From Octopus sinensis (taxonomy: Eukaryota), in the NCBI RefSeq assembly GCF_006345805.1, contig NC_042998.1, forward strand, positions 150,970,001 through 151,034,000: DNA of 64,000 nt, in the 5' to 3' direction. Positions within the stretch are counted from its first letter, which is position 1. Each line of letters starts with the position of its first letter. The notes under the pieces were generated by a model. The model was not told the origin of the DNA, made no database searches, and was given only the letters and a program-made list of their open reading frames with translations. Positions 28,201 through 40,924 of the stretch are shown here, in pieces. The position numbers were made by a program, and so were the translations under genes.

Positions 28201-28990
28201 CGGCAGTGTAAGCTTTTATGTCCGATTTTTAAACGTACAGTTATTTTTAAAATGTTGACCTCGCACCCATAGCATGGATTGGGCCTTGATCTTCGTTTTT
28301 ATTTTTCCTCAGCCGTTACAGGTCCTTTTCTCCGATTTTATTTGCGTCATATCTTAGATTAATAAGCCTCTTACATTCCTCTGCTACTTCCTGCAGAGTC
28401 AAATTCTGGTCCTGTTCTAATTTTGTCAATATCCGGGCACGTACCTCTGTATTTTTGCTTGCGGCTAGCTCTGAACAAAAATTAGACATTTGAAAATGTT
28501 CGGGGTTAATTCTTCTAATTTGAAATTTTCGTATTCTCGATTGACGACTACGGCATGGGTTACGAAATCTTCATCACCCTTTTTGTTACTAAATTCAAAC
28601 ACTCCCAACGAGCATTGAACAGGGAACTTGTCTCACTGAAAATTTTCGATAACAATTAATTGTTTCATAGGAACAAATTTCACATGCTTTCGGAGGGAGT
28701 GCAGAATGTAGTTAAAGTATTTTCGTGTTTGGCAGGGGATGATTTTCTTAAATATATTCGTACCTTTTCATTGTCTGTCCAATTTTTTCATTCCTCTTTG
28801 AAAATTTCTTCATATCTTCGAAAATATGCAGAAAAAATAAATACCTTTTCTGGGTTATAGCTAAATTCTGAAATTGCGTTTGCTACGCCGTCTGGCGAGT
28901 CGAACCTGAAGTATTTTTGGACTTCTACATTAATTCCAGCAACTGTTGTTGTAATTGCTGCTGTAACTGTTGTTTCCATTGCTGCTGTTG
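25248..28990 (-). pseudogene. Gypsy gag-pol remnants with many stops and frameshifts
   Basis: Protease LQLDTGSDT (~28070-28105); RT LSTPEDIFAKLNGGKIFSKL and PYLDD; RNase H VASDATEY...NYSQIEKKALAIIFAVK; integrase HIGHPGTSRMKSLMR and STPPYHPRSNGQAKR. Confidence 0.93.
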
Positions 28991-29097
28991 CTGTTGCAAT
29001 TGCATTACAGAGGCTAATAAATCTTCCATGTTAACTAATTTCTCTTTGATTTTGTATCAAAAGAAAATGTTAACGTCCGACGTAAGCTTCGAATAAA

Positions 29098-29107
29098 CTG
29101 GTCGCCA
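29098..29107 (-). promoter_or_regulatory. tRNA primer-binding site
   Basis: The minus strand reads TGGCGACCAG directly after the 5' LTR, complementary to a tRNA ending ...GGUCGCCA. The primer tRNA was not identified. Confidence 0.75.
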
Positions 29108-29402
29108 CTTTTATATTCTTCTATATGTTGGATATACAGATTTCACGAAGCGAGGATAGATCCAAATGTCTTTACATGAGCTACTTCAAATTACTCTAAT
29201 CACGATATTCCAATAAATACAAACACGATACTCCAATAAACGCGATACTCCACTCGGTACAAATTCAACGATCTCAACGACTTCCTACGACTTCCACGAA
29301 CTCCCAACGACTCCTCTCGTCTCAACCAATGGTCTACTCTTTATAAAAGTTCGGATAGTCCATTCTTCCAATCCCACTAGTGTGTCAATGACTCTCGCCA
29401 CA
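29108..29402 (-). repeat. 5' LTR of the Gypsy element
   Basis: Homologous to 24960-25221. It is longer because of an internal cgata(c/t)tccaataaa expansion. Confidence 0.9.
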
Positions 29403-30384
29403 ACAAAAAACTACTACTAGCATTTAGCTCATTTGAACCTATGCTAGTTGAGATCCAAACTACTGATGTTGAAAGTAGAAAACTATTAACCAGCATCAGA
29501 AATTTCCTTAGTGACATAGAATGCTTCTAACTAAAACGGAGACAAAAGAAACAATGTTGATATCAATTCAAACAATCTTTCAATGTTATATTCATTCAGA
29601 GGATCAAGTAACCACCAGGAGTATAGGAGTCTGTCGATGGATTAATTTGGTACTCGAGAAACAAATAATATAAAGGTATTTGGAAAGGGTTTCTTCATAA
29701 AGACTTCTTTCACTGATGACCACATCCATGTCTTTACCACAATAGAAGTCCACAGGAAAATTTTTCAGTTTTTCAGCAGAAAACATACAGTTAAATATGG
29801 CCTTGTTTTCAGAAACCTTCAGAATGTGATCAACATAAATAGCCACAGTAGGATATCTTAGACCAACAACTGGGATATCAGATTTCACTTTGAAGTTAAT
29901 TTTGTAACACAGGGACAGAAAATAGTAATTGCAAATACCCAATAAGAGTAGGATTAGCGGTAGAGGTAATCCAGTAAGCAACAAACTTCATCCACCTAAA
30001 CATGAAGGTGACATCCATCTTTTTCTCATCCAAATATTCCAACTTAAGCCTACCATTTCTACACGCAGAATTATGGTAGAATTTATAAGGGACCCGAAGC
30101 AAATCTTCCAGAAAAAATTAAACAACACACACTTGTTACGTTGATAACCGGCTAAATAAACAAATAAAATGGCAACACTTATAACACATCACCAGCTTAC
30201 ACATAATATAGAGATATAATATAACAGTAGAATTAGAGGAAAATATAGATTTGAAAACATCGCCTTTGAGAGGGTCATAAGTTTTAGTGAAGTGTGAAAT
30301 ATTTCGAGGAAAAGAAATATAAACAAACACCAATCAGTGTGTTTATAGGGTGTACTACACTGACATTTCCAAAATATAGAGTAG

Positions 30385-30560
30385 TATAAAACTATATGAG
30401 GATTGAAAAGGGCCTCGTGACAGACGCCGCACCAGATGGCTGGACATGATTAAGAAAGATATCCATGTAGAGGGGCTGGCATGGGACCGCCAGCGATGAA
30501 GAGCACTGGTGGACCCCGTCGGCTCTACGCGTGATCACGTTCCTGGAATCACTAACCTGG
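30385..30560 (+). mobile_element. RTE-clade LINE C-terminal fragment
   Basis: GPRDRRRTRWLDMIKKDIHVEGLAWDRQR*RALV matches the RTE-type G-R-RGR--RW-D-IK-D...DR--WR-LV end. Confidence 0.6.
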
Positions 30561-30753
30561 GATGAAACCAAACCCATCAAACAATAGCATGAGACGAGGC
30601 GAGTATAATACAAATCAATAAACAAAACTGCTCAGGTTTGACATAGAAAATATATAGACATGTAATTAGAAAGAAAGTAAAGATAAAAAATTTTCAGGCG
30701 ATGAGTATTCAAGTATATATATGTATATATATATATATTATATATATATATAT

Positions 30754-30814
<61 letters not shown>

Positions 30815-30826
30815 GAGACACACACA

Positions 30827-30867
<41 letters not shown>

Positions 30868-30883
30868 ACACACACACACACCA

Positions 30884-31055
30884 CCGGGCTTGCTTCCGTT
30901 TCCGTCTACGAAATCCACTCACAAGCCTTTCGTAGGCCCGGTGATATACTGGAAAACACTTGACCCAATAACAAGGTTCCGGATTCTGCGGGACTAAACC
31001 CGGAACCAGGTGGTTGAGAAACAAATGTCTTACCACACGGCCACGCCCACGCTTG
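30884..31055 (-). mobile_element. tRNA-derived SINE head and core
   Basis: ttccgtctacgaaatccactcacaagcc...cccggaacc...cttaccacacggccac is homologous to 49725-49865 and to the reverse complement of 39120-39270. Confidence 0.8.
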
Positions 31056-31099
31056 CAACACATACATGAAAGAAACTCGTCGTATATATATATATGTAA

Positions 31100-31146
<47 letters not shown>

Positions 31147-31712
31147 TTTGTTTGTGTGTTTGTTTGTGCTTATATATATTGTGTGTCTATGTTTGTCTCC
31201 CCATCGACTGACAACAGCTGTTTGTGTGTTTACGTTCCCGTAACTTAACGATTCGGCAAATACGGTATTCCCACATAGTCTTGTATGTAAACTCATACAA
31301 ATCCGTCTTCCCTATCTTTGAAAAAAAACTATAGATATCTACACACACCAACTCAAATATATTCTACGTTCATTATGTGCAGAATCATAAATGTTAAATT
31401 TTAGATTTAAATATTAATTCACCTGAAGAAAAAATATTTTCATGATGTAATTGATTTGTTCACCGATACTAAACGCATGGGAAACGGTTGTAGTGAACCT
31501 CAGTCCATTTGTGTTGCTATTTATACACTCATATGTAAATAAACATGTAAATACTCGCTTGCGTGTAGAGATGTATATGCATGCATACATGCATACACAC
31601 ACACACAACACACACACATATATGTAGACATATATAGATATAGATGTGTAACTACACGTGGGCCGTTGGCGATTTCTTCTTCTCTTTCTTTGGACTTTTC
31701 TCTTTTTCCTTT

Positions 31713-31742
31713 CCGATGAAGAGCTATGCTCGAAACGTTAAA
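31713..31742 (+). ncRNA. Minimal hammerhead-ribozyme-like motif (U4C variant) in a solo Penelope-type terminal repeat
   Basis: CCGATGA-A-GAGC-tat-GCTC-GAAAC-GTT with a short ttt/aaa stem I. Established: Penelope-like elements carry minimal type I hammerheads with a palindromic stem III. Confidence 0.55.
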
Positions 31743-31971
31743 CTCTCTGCTTTCATCGAGCGTCAAGCTAATACACTTCTTGTGCACGTCCTCACATTCG
31801 TGTTAAGGAAATATATGCAGAATTATCCAACAGAATATTCATCTAATTTTCTATCTTATAAGAAATTTATTGTATTTATATGTTAACTGTTGAATAAAAC
31901 ATCTTGAATACCTAACTGAGAGCAAACTGAGAATCGTTTTGCGGTAATCCCTTACTTTTTACTAATATATA

Positions 31972-33635
31972 CAGGGTGCGATAGATAAATTGTCGCCATT
32001 TTATATTTTTAATTTCGCGAATGTGCATTGTTTGTTTTTGATTTTACACAGTATAGTAGGGTCATTTGAGCACTGTCTGTGACAAAAACATGACCATGAC
32101 GCAATTCACTCTGCCAGAAATTTGGAAACGACATACTGTACTGCTTGGAATTCACGCTGGAAGCTCCAGTACGAACATTTCAGAGTGTTGTTTGAGTGCC
32201 AATCTGCTGGCAGTGCAATCTGATGACACGTACCGAGAGCGATAAAAATCAGACATGCAGTCAACATCATTGTATTTGTAGTGATCACTAGTGATGGCGA
32301 TGTTATGCCTCCATTCATCTTCCCACACGACCCCAGACTCAACACGGAGGCCTACATCAACTACCTGGAGTAGGTGGTGCTGCCCTATGTCAAGAGGGTG
32401 GTTGCTGCAAGACCCTATGTCTGACAACAGGACTTTGCACCATGCCACACAAGCAAGAGAACCCAGTCATGGCTGTCAGACAACTTCCGCGACCACAATG
32501 CCCCTAACATCTGGCTAGCTAACTCCCCAGATTGCAACCCCCTTCATTATTATGTGTGGGGTGCAGTTGAAAGAGGGACTAACGAAACTCCTTTTCACAC
32601 CAAAGGTGAACTGAAGGCAAGGATTATGGTAACATTCACCAACTTAAACAAAGGGACCGTCCAGAAGGGTTGCAGGAGATTCCGAAGTTGTCTGGAGGCC
32701 GTGGTTGGCGATTTTATTGAATAATAGAAATATTAATATTTCTAAGTCTCTCTAAAGGAGACTACGGTAGCGGTACTGGATATTAATAGTTATCGCCAAG
32801 CTAACATGACAGTCCAGAAAAATAGGAAGAATGCTGCCGTTGATTAGCTCCAAGAGGCCATCGCCTCTAGCTAGCTATGTGACACACGAACCTGTGTCCA
32901 TTATAACCTCCGAACAGGGGAGGTCAAGCTGCTTCCCCTTGCTGGTCTGGCATCTACAGACTAGTTTCATGGTGTTTGCCCCTTATCCCCTGTTCGAAGG
33001 TTATAATGGACACAGGTTCGTGTATCACATAAATAGCTTGAGACGATGGCCTTTTGGAGCTAATCGACGGCAACATTCATCCTACTTTCCTGGACTGCTA
33101 TGTTAGCTTGCCGATAATTATTAATATCCTGTACCGATGACGTAGTCTCCTTTAGAGAGACTTAGAAATATTAATATTTCTAGTTTTGAAAACCAGTGGA
33201 TGTATTCCACTGAATTTTAGGTAAATAATCTTTCGCACAGACGGTCAGTAAAGACGCCAGCTGGGTTTGGCTATTCTACATTGATAAGGGGCAAAAACCC
33301 TGAAACTAGTCTGTAGATGCCATACCAGCAAGGGGAAGCGGTTGACCTCCTGTTCGAAGGTTATAATGGACACAGGTTCATGTGTCACATAGCTAGTTAG
33401 AGGCGATGGCCTCTTTGAGCTAATCAACAGCAGCATTCGTCCTATTTTTCTGGACTGCCATATTAGCTTGGTGATAACTATTAATATTTATTGAATAAAT
33501 TTACTCTTAAGTATTTCAAGATGTTTTTATATAATTTTGGTAGATATATCTGTTAAAATGCGATGGCAGTGTTATTTTCATTTTTGTGTAATTTAGACAG
33601 TACCGCTACCGTAGTAGTTTATTCCCCGCACCCTG
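31972..33635 (+). mobile_element. Tc1/mariner DD37D-type internally deleted element carrying a nested insertion
   Basis: TA|CAGGGTGCG left TIR and CGCACCCTG right TIR (33627-33635). Transposase remnant QQDFAPCH...NSPDCNPLH has 37 residues between the second D and the third-D position. Confidence 0.9.
32725..33486. mobile_element. Fold-back insertion of unknown class with a 12-bp flanking direct repeat
   Basis: 32725-32920 is inverted at 32988-33182, and a third inverted copy lies at ~33285-33486. tttattgaataa occurs at 32713-32724 and 33487-33498. Confidence 0.8.
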
Positions 33636-33643
33636 TGTGTGTG

Positions 33644-33729
<86 letters not shown>

Positions 33730-34240
33730 GCTCGAAATGCGGAGTAGGTAAAACAGCCGACAACTGATGAAGGGTCGTTCTTTATGTTACTTGTCTGGTT
33801 TACCATTTGTTTCTTTCATTGTTTGTAAAAAAATGGAATTCCATATTTTCATATTTCGTATTTCATGTTGTTTACGTTCTATGAAGTCCTGTAGCCATAT
33901 ATGCATATGTATATACATATATATGTACGTATGTATGTACATATATGTACTATATATACGTATATATGCATATATGTATATATATATTATTTATATAATC
34001 ATACGACTGAATGCCAGGCATCCTACAACTAATATTTTTACTATAATCATTTCTTAAATATAGCCACGAAACACGTTCGTTATTCTACCAAATATATACG
34101 TTTTATTTATTATTTTGCACATTACTTAATCATCGTTATATTTTTTTATCTTATATTCAATATTTCTATTATATGTAATTTTCTAGATGGTGTAATTTAA
34201 TTTTTCATTTTGAATTGATAAAATGTGTTTTTTTCTAATT

Positions 34241-34294
<54 letters not shown>

Positions 34295-34983
34295 TATATA
34301 TAATATATATATATATACACGTGTAGCTTTGGGACCCACGATTTAATATATAATATTTTTCATATTGAGTTAAAAGTTGAAGTGTATGACTAAAACACTA
34401 CGACGACCACCAGTAAGCTCTACGCCCGCCACCACTATTACCAAATCGATTATTACCACTACTAAGTACTACCACCGTAGCTGTACTCGAGACATTCACC
34501 AGTGTGGTAACCATAAACAGCAACACCGCCCTTAACACTGCTGTCTCAAATACCACCAATACAAACAACACCACCACCATCACCAGCACTCCACTGTCGT
34601 CATTTCCGCAGGCTAAGTTACTAACAACAACAACAACGAAACAACAACAACAACAACGAACTGTAACTAAACACCTCTCTAAACAAACCCAATAGCTCTT
34701 AATACTGGAGCAGCTGCTACCATAACCCCACCAGCACCATCACTACCACCGCTACTATCACAACCACCTTCACCACCATCACCACCACAACTATCATCCC
34801 CGTTACCCTTTCCACCTTCCCATCAACATCCAACCCCTTTACCATCATCACCACTACTAATACTACGACTACTACTACAGCGAGAATAAGTGATCACATC
34901 TGTCTGCTCTCGCAATGTCCACGTGCGACATTAATGTATGTAAATGCCAGTATCCTTGTATGTGTGCATGAATCTATCGTCTT

Positions 34984-35067
<84 letters not shown>

Positions 35068-35192
35068 CACATATACATACACACGTCCATTCAGGATTAG
35101 ACTGAATACAGCAATGTATCAAATATACAACGCTCTAGTAGCAATAGCAGCAGCAGCAACAGTAGCAGCAGCAGCAGCATAGTAGTAGTAGT

Positions 35193-35237
<45 letters not shown>

Positions 35238-35693
35238 ATATTCTTCAAAACTCTTACATTTCCCAACCTCGGTCTTTGACTGACAACAATACATACCCCC
35301 CAACATGTTGGTCCTGTTTTTCTGATGGTAAGGTCTCATTTGAGAGAAATCTGGTTGCTATTTTGGACTATCGATAAACAAAGAAACTCATTTATTATTT
35401 CGTCCACTGTTGCAGTTTCTTGTAGCTGTGTAGTACCTTTGAGTAGCTACGTGGACTGAGCCAATATAGTGTTGTATATCTTAGCGCCACATGCAATAGA
35501 GGTGAGAGCAAATCACCGTTGACTAATGACTTTTGGCGAAAGTGCGGATAATTTTTGGAAGGGAAGTCCAACAATTATCTGCACTTTCGCCAAAACTTTA
35601 GGTTGGCCACACTGCAAAAAGGTGGTATTCATGTGGTTAATTAACCGAGATTCAACGTTGATCGTTCCAGTTTTCTTTCTTGTGTTACAAAGT

Positions 35694-36110
35694 AAACATG
35701 ACCGGTCATCTAACGATGTATACCAAAGAAGAGAATCCGATTTCTCTACTCTGAAGGTATGTCAACGGCTGAAATTTATTGCAAGCTTTCAGAACAATAC
35801 CGGGATAGCGCTCTACCACGTAGAAGTGTATATGAGTGGATCAAGAAGTTTAAAATGGCCGGACAAGAGTGAAGCACAAAGAAGCAGAACGTTCATCAAC
35901 CTCTACCATTGACGTGGGGACTCAACAAGCTCGAGAGGATGTTATGGCGAACCGACAAGTGATTATCGATGGGGTTGTATGTTCACTGCATTCGAAATTA
36001 TCCATGACAAACTTCGCTTCCGTAAAGCCTGTGCAAAATTGGTGCTAAGAAAGCTTACCGAAGCACATAAGCACAATCTTGGGATCTGTTAGCGCTCACT
36101 TGATCGTTAC
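35694..36110 (+). mobile_element. Mariner-family transposase N-terminal HTH fragment
   Basis: Frameshifted translation EGMSTAEI...YRDSALPRRSVYEWIKKF-NGRT...EIIHDKLRFRKACAKLVLRKLTE, a degenerate WVP-L motif. Confidence 0.8.
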
Positions 36111-36203
36111 AACGACGAAATTGAATATATACATCATGAAATCTGGGAAACCGGCCTTATAAACTTAAGGCTCAAGAAGGACCTTTGACCCTTTGATAAT
36201 GCG

Positions 36204-36250
<47 letters not shown>

Positions 36251-36639
36251 TGTGTCTGTGTGTGTGTGTGTGCATGCAATCGCGCTTGTGTGTGTATAGT
36301 AGGTATAAAGTATAAATGAAACAAAAGTGCTCAACTCGGAATAGGGTTACAACGTAGATATACTTCTTGGCAGATTATCACATTCCTGATCTAGAGTAAG
36401 GATTACTCTACGCCAAACTCATTTCTCCGGATTAAAAGGGAGTAAAGTCTACTGCAACTACCACTCCTTGTTAGAATACTAATCACCGACACCTCCCACC
36501 ATCTTAGTGGTATTCATTCCAGACGGCTGCCCAGTCTCCTACGTTGTTGTTTGTATACATATGCGTGTGCAGACACACACATATATGTAATATATATAAT
36601 CTTTCTTTCACTTTCTCTCTATATACATATATATATACA

Positions 36640-37896
36640 CAGGCTGCGTAAAGGTATTTGAGGACATACCTCTTTTGGGGTCATTACTGCATTTTTTGCT
36701 AACTCTGTATAATCTTTGATTCAGAAAATAATAATGGCACACCACAGCTTACACAAGAAATGAAGAGGCATGCTGTTATTGTGGTTATAAAGGCTGAGCA
36801 TAGTAATTTAGAAATACCTCGATTTTTAAAAGTTGTCAGATCTTTCGTCTACAACTTTTGTAAGGAGTTAGAGACTGAAAATGGAAATGTATCACCAGTA
36901 TCAAAGCATAAAAAACATTCTAAACGCTCTGAAATCATCAGAACACCTGAATTTATCCATCAAGTTCAATAGACCATTGATTACAATCCCAGAAAGTCCT
37001 TGAGGTCAATTGCAAAAGATCTCCATGTGTCAGAGGGAACAGTGAGAAATGTTGTCCACGAAGACATCAATTATAAATCTTATGTGATGAGGAAAGGTCA
37101 ATTTGTCAGGAAAAGCAAAAGAAAATAACTACATCAGATCTAGAAGGCTCTTAAACAAAAGGAAAAATCCAGCAGAAGATTTGTTCTGGTTTTTCTCAAA
37201 TGAGAAAAACTTTGACCAAGATCAAAAAGTTAACAGAAGAAATGACAGATGGCTATGTGCAGACCTTTCTGAAGTTCCAAGTGTTATGCATACAAACTTT
37301 CCTGCGACTGTCATGGTTTTAGGGGTTGTCAGTGATGAAGGACACGTGATGCCTTCTTACTTCTTTCTACAAGTCCTTAGAGTTAACTCTGTCGCCTACA
37401 TTGATGTCCTGGAAATAATTTTTAAGCCCTCGATAGACAGTGTATGCAATGGAAGGCCATATGTGTTTCAGTAAGACTCTACACTATCACACATGGCTCT
37501 GGTAGCTGGATGGCTGAAAATTTTCACGATCACATAACCCCTAATATTTGGCCTCCTAATTTCTCAGATCTCAACCCATTGGACTCTTATATGTGGAGCG
37601 TTGTTGAGAGAGAGGCCAATGGATACACCCATAACACCAAAGTTTCTTTGAAAGCTGCCATCATCAGAGTAATGTCCAAAGGGAACCAGGACCACTTGAT
37701 TCGAGCATGTAGATGATTTAGATCTCATATAGAAGCAGTTGTTGAAGCCGAAGATGGCTTTATTGAATAACATTATAGAAAACAAGGTTTATTTTTATCC
37801 TCATAGCATTTTTTTGATAAATAAATTTATTATCTGTTATTATATATGTTTTTTTTTATACACATAAATCTGACCTCAAATATCTTACGCACCCTT
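36640..37896 (+). mobile_element. Full-length (~1.26 kb) Tc1/mariner DD37D-type element, inactive
   Basis: Imperfect TIRs caggctgcgtaaaggtatttgagg and cctcaaatatcttacgcaccctt, with TA on the right flank. Confidence 0.9.
36734..37770 (+). pseudogene. DD37D-type transposase with stops and frameshifts
   Basis: RTPEFIHQVQ*, WFFSNEKNF (first catalytic D changed to N), VMVLGVVSDEG, YVFQ*DS and WPPNFSDLNPLDSYMW. Confidence 0.92.
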
Positions 37897-37939
37897 TATA
37901 CATTGATATGCATGTATGTATGTACGTATGTATGTATAT

Positions 37940-38043
<104 letters not shown>

Positions 38044-38169
38044 ATATGTGTGTATGCATATGTGTGAATACATATATATGTATGTATATGTGTGTGCGTG
38101 TGTGTGTGTGTGTGCGTGTGTGTGTATCTGTGTGTGTGTATACACAGAGACACGAGATAGCACCAGACA

Positions 38170-39097
38170 GGAGGAACCAAAAGTGATAAAAATTATCACT
38201 CTGACTCACAAAGAACTAACAGCAAACCAAATCAATATACTCCCCAAAGGGCTGAAGCTTACACCGACCCCACAACGCCCCAACTGCAATGAAACGAAAG
38301 AAGACATTGCGGAATTCCGTAGAAAATTACGACTCAATGAGGAGCTATACGACAAATACAGCGAGGACGAATCGTTGGTCCGAAATAGAAGTAACTACAC
38401 CCCATCAAAAGGTAAGAACAAAACTCTTGATCATTTCTCTGAACACATCTCGAATTACCCATATCAACATATGCACAAACAAAAACACAAACCAAACTTC
38501 AGCAAAAAAGAATGGGCTGAGCTGAACAAATTAAAAGATGACAAAACAATCAAAGAGGCTGATAAAGGGAGTGCAGTTGTCTTAATGGACACAGTATACT
38601 ATATAACTCTAGTACTAACCATATTAGAAGACACATCATATTAAGAAAAGCCCCAACACTAGTCAGTAGAAAATAATGAGGAACCTAAAATCCATGTTAA
38701 ACCTATACAGAGAAGGGCTCACCGAGAAAGAACATGACTATATGACCAACTTCAATTCTACGGTATTCCCAAGATACACAAAAGTGAGAAAATAAGTAAC
38801 GCATGCAGGATAGCCACAGACATAATAATCAAAGTCCCTACTCCTAATGACCTCAAACTGAGGCCTGTAACAGTAGGTCCCATTTGCGAAACCCACCGCT
38901 TCAGTAACTTTTTACATACCCTCTTAAAACCATTCCTCAAGCATGTCAAAAGCTATATAAGGGACGACCTCGATATGTTCAATCACCTTCCTGAAACAAT
39001 AAACAAAAGCACCCTACTAGTATCTTTCGATGTAGTCAACCTCTATTCCAATATCCCCCACAACCTAGGAATAGAGGCAATTCGATTCTGACTGGAG
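38170..39097 (+). mobile_element. Penelope-like element, RT N-terminal half (pseudogenised)
   Basis: ILPKGLKLTPTP, KEADKGSAVVLMD, GIPKIHK, KLRPV and LVSFDVVNLYSNIP. Confidence 0.92.
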
Positions 39098-39109
39098 TAA
39101 CGTGGTATA

Positions 39110-39280
39110 AAGTGTCTGCTCAGTGGCTGAGTGGTATATAGCTTGCTTACCAACAGCATGGTTCCGGGTTCAGTTCCACTGCGTGTCGCCTTGGGCAAGT
39201 GTCTTCTACTATAGTCTCGTGTCGACCAAAGCCTTGTGAGTTGATTTGGTAGACGGAAACTGAAAGAAGCCGTCGGCCGC
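39110..39280 (+). mobile_element. SINE head inserted into the Penelope RT; its distal part resumes at ~40830-40925
   Basis: gtggctgagtggta...catggttccgggttcagttccactgcg...gtagacggaaactgaaagaagcc. The body segment (cccccaacatcgcttgacaa...cccgtaacttagc) at 40870-40925 matches 31195-31250. Confidence 0.8.
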
Positions 39281-39346
39281 GTGTGTACCGTTGGCGATTT
39301 TTTTCCTCTGTCTTCCCTTCTCTGGATCTTTCCTTCTCCTATGTTT

Positions 39347-39377
39347 CCGACGAAGAGCTCCGCTCGAAACGTTAAAA
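39347..39377 (+). ncRNA. Minimal hammerhead-like motif (U4C variant) in a solo terminal repeat at 39288-39480
   Basis: CCGACGA-A-GAGC-tcc-GCTC-GAAAC-GTT. The repeat is close to the reverse complement of 58884-59072. Confidence 0.6.
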
Positions 39378-39487
39378 CCTCCTTCTTTCCTTTTTTCCTG
39401 AGCGTCCAATAATACTATATTTGTTCCACGTCCTCGCGTTGTTGTGTTTTTTTGTGATTTCTTGTTTGGATTAACTGTATATATACA

Positions 39488-39612
39488 TTAATTTAGAGAT
39501 AGTAGGCCCCTACATCTCACCATATGAAAAGGCCAAATAATAAAACAGTAGGTATTTAAATAAAAATTCTTTTCATATGGTGAGAAGTAGGGGCCTACTA
39601 TCTCTAAATTAA
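39488..39612. repeat. Inverted repeat with 44-bp arms (1 mismatch) and 37-nt spacer
   Basis: ttaatttagagatagtaggcccctacatctcaccatatgaaaag and its reverse complement at 39569-39612. Confidence 0.93.
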
Positions 39613-39693
39613 AATATATTTCTTCATTGAGAATAATTTGAACCTCTGTTATGCCGGAATTTTTATTCCCTAACAAATAAAATTTATATATAT

Positions 39694-40317
39694 TGTTACG
39701 AAGGTGGAGACCTCCGATTCGAACTGTTACGGAATCCCTCACACCCAGGCCCGTTCGATGCAGCGAATATTCTCGCTACGGAAACTCGTCGGAGAGGAGA
39801 GAGAGACACATAACAACAACAACAGCAGCAGCAGCACAGAGGCAACCGAGAGAGACGAGACGCAAAGAGGCAAGGCACAACTGGCTTACATTTAACAACT
39901 AGTTTATATGACAATCAATTGTTATATCATCAAATACATTTCAGATACATTTAAAAGAGGACATGCACGTGACAACTCAATACATCATACAGGTATACCA
40001 CAGATCAAAGCATTTAAAGGAAACAACAAATCAATACAGGTATACAACACATCAAGGTCAGTACATCAGCATTTTAAAGGTACACGTCCGAAGACACAGT
40101 TCTGTTTCAAAACACATCAACAAGTCATAACAAGTCATCAACAAGTTCGAAGGACATTAAAGGCCTAACAGTTCAATGTTCATTATACAATGTTCGTATC
40201 ACAACAATTCACGTTACAGTTCAAAATCTTTAACGACTACATCAGAGTCCTTCTTTTTCTCTCTCTTTCTTCTTTCTCTTTCTTCTTTCTCTTTTACAGT
40301 CTCTTTACATCGTAACA
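39694..40317. mobile_element. Candidate solo LTR
   Basis: Termini TGTTACGA...TCGTAACA form an 8-bp inverted repeat with TG..CA ends. Non-coding. The flanks (tatat and cgtat) give no clean TSD. Confidence 0.5.
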
Positions 40318-40778
40318 CGTATCAATACATAATTAAATACCTTTAGTTCCTACTAGAATAGCCAGTGTCTCATATTGTAGTTCCTCTCTAACAGCCGCCT
40401 ATTCCTCTGTATATATCCCTCTCTGTACTGCTAACTCCAACCTGCCAAGCTCCTGCATCCCAACCGCTTGCCTTGACGACCAAAATCCGACTGTCCTTTA
40501 TCACTACCCTCAATCTGTCTCTTCCCACTAATATCCTCTCTATCTGCTCTCAGCCCTACTGCCTATCTCTATCGGCGCTGCTGCTGTCATTCTCTCATGA
40601 CAGCTCTCAGATCCCTTACTCTATCTTTCTCACTGCTACTAGATTCTTCCTCGGCCCTCACATCTCCAAAAGCCATTACTCTTCCAGTAAACAAAGGGCT
40701 GTCGCTTTTTACTCCAGACCTGCAGGCGCCACTCCCACAAAGTGGGTCAAGAAATACTGCACTAGCCAAACCATAACA

Positions 40779-40836
<58 letters not shown>

Positions 40837-40924
40837 ATGTGTGTGTGTATGTTTGTGTGTCTGTGTTTTCCCCCAACATCGCTTGACAATCGATGCTGGT
40901 GTGTTTACATCCCCGTAACTTAGC

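Larger units (their letters stand above)
24960..29402 (-). mobile_element. Full-length degenerate Ty3/Gypsy LTR retrotransposon (Mag/K02A2.6-like by resemblance)
   Basis: Two homologous LTRs, a PBS TGGCGACC right after the 5' LTR, and domain order gag-PR-RT-RH-IN. Flanks agaaa (24955-24959) and acaaa (29403-29407) form a 4/5 target-site duplication. Confidence 0.93.

Noticed and set aside
33135-33182. Hammerhead in the fold-back arm (ccgatga...agtctc/gagact...gaaa)
   Set aside because: The base of stem II is unpaired, there is no stem I, and the other arm lacks the core.
35531-35595. 23-bp-arm hairpin as an independent MITE or terminator
   Set aside because: No TA target duplication, a single copy, and adjacent to a mariner remnant. 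It is counted only among the fold-backs.
39647-40778. Outer solo LTR (TGTTATGC...CCATAACA) enclosing the inner one
   Set aside because: Only a 7/8 terminal match, with no TSD and no second copy in the window.
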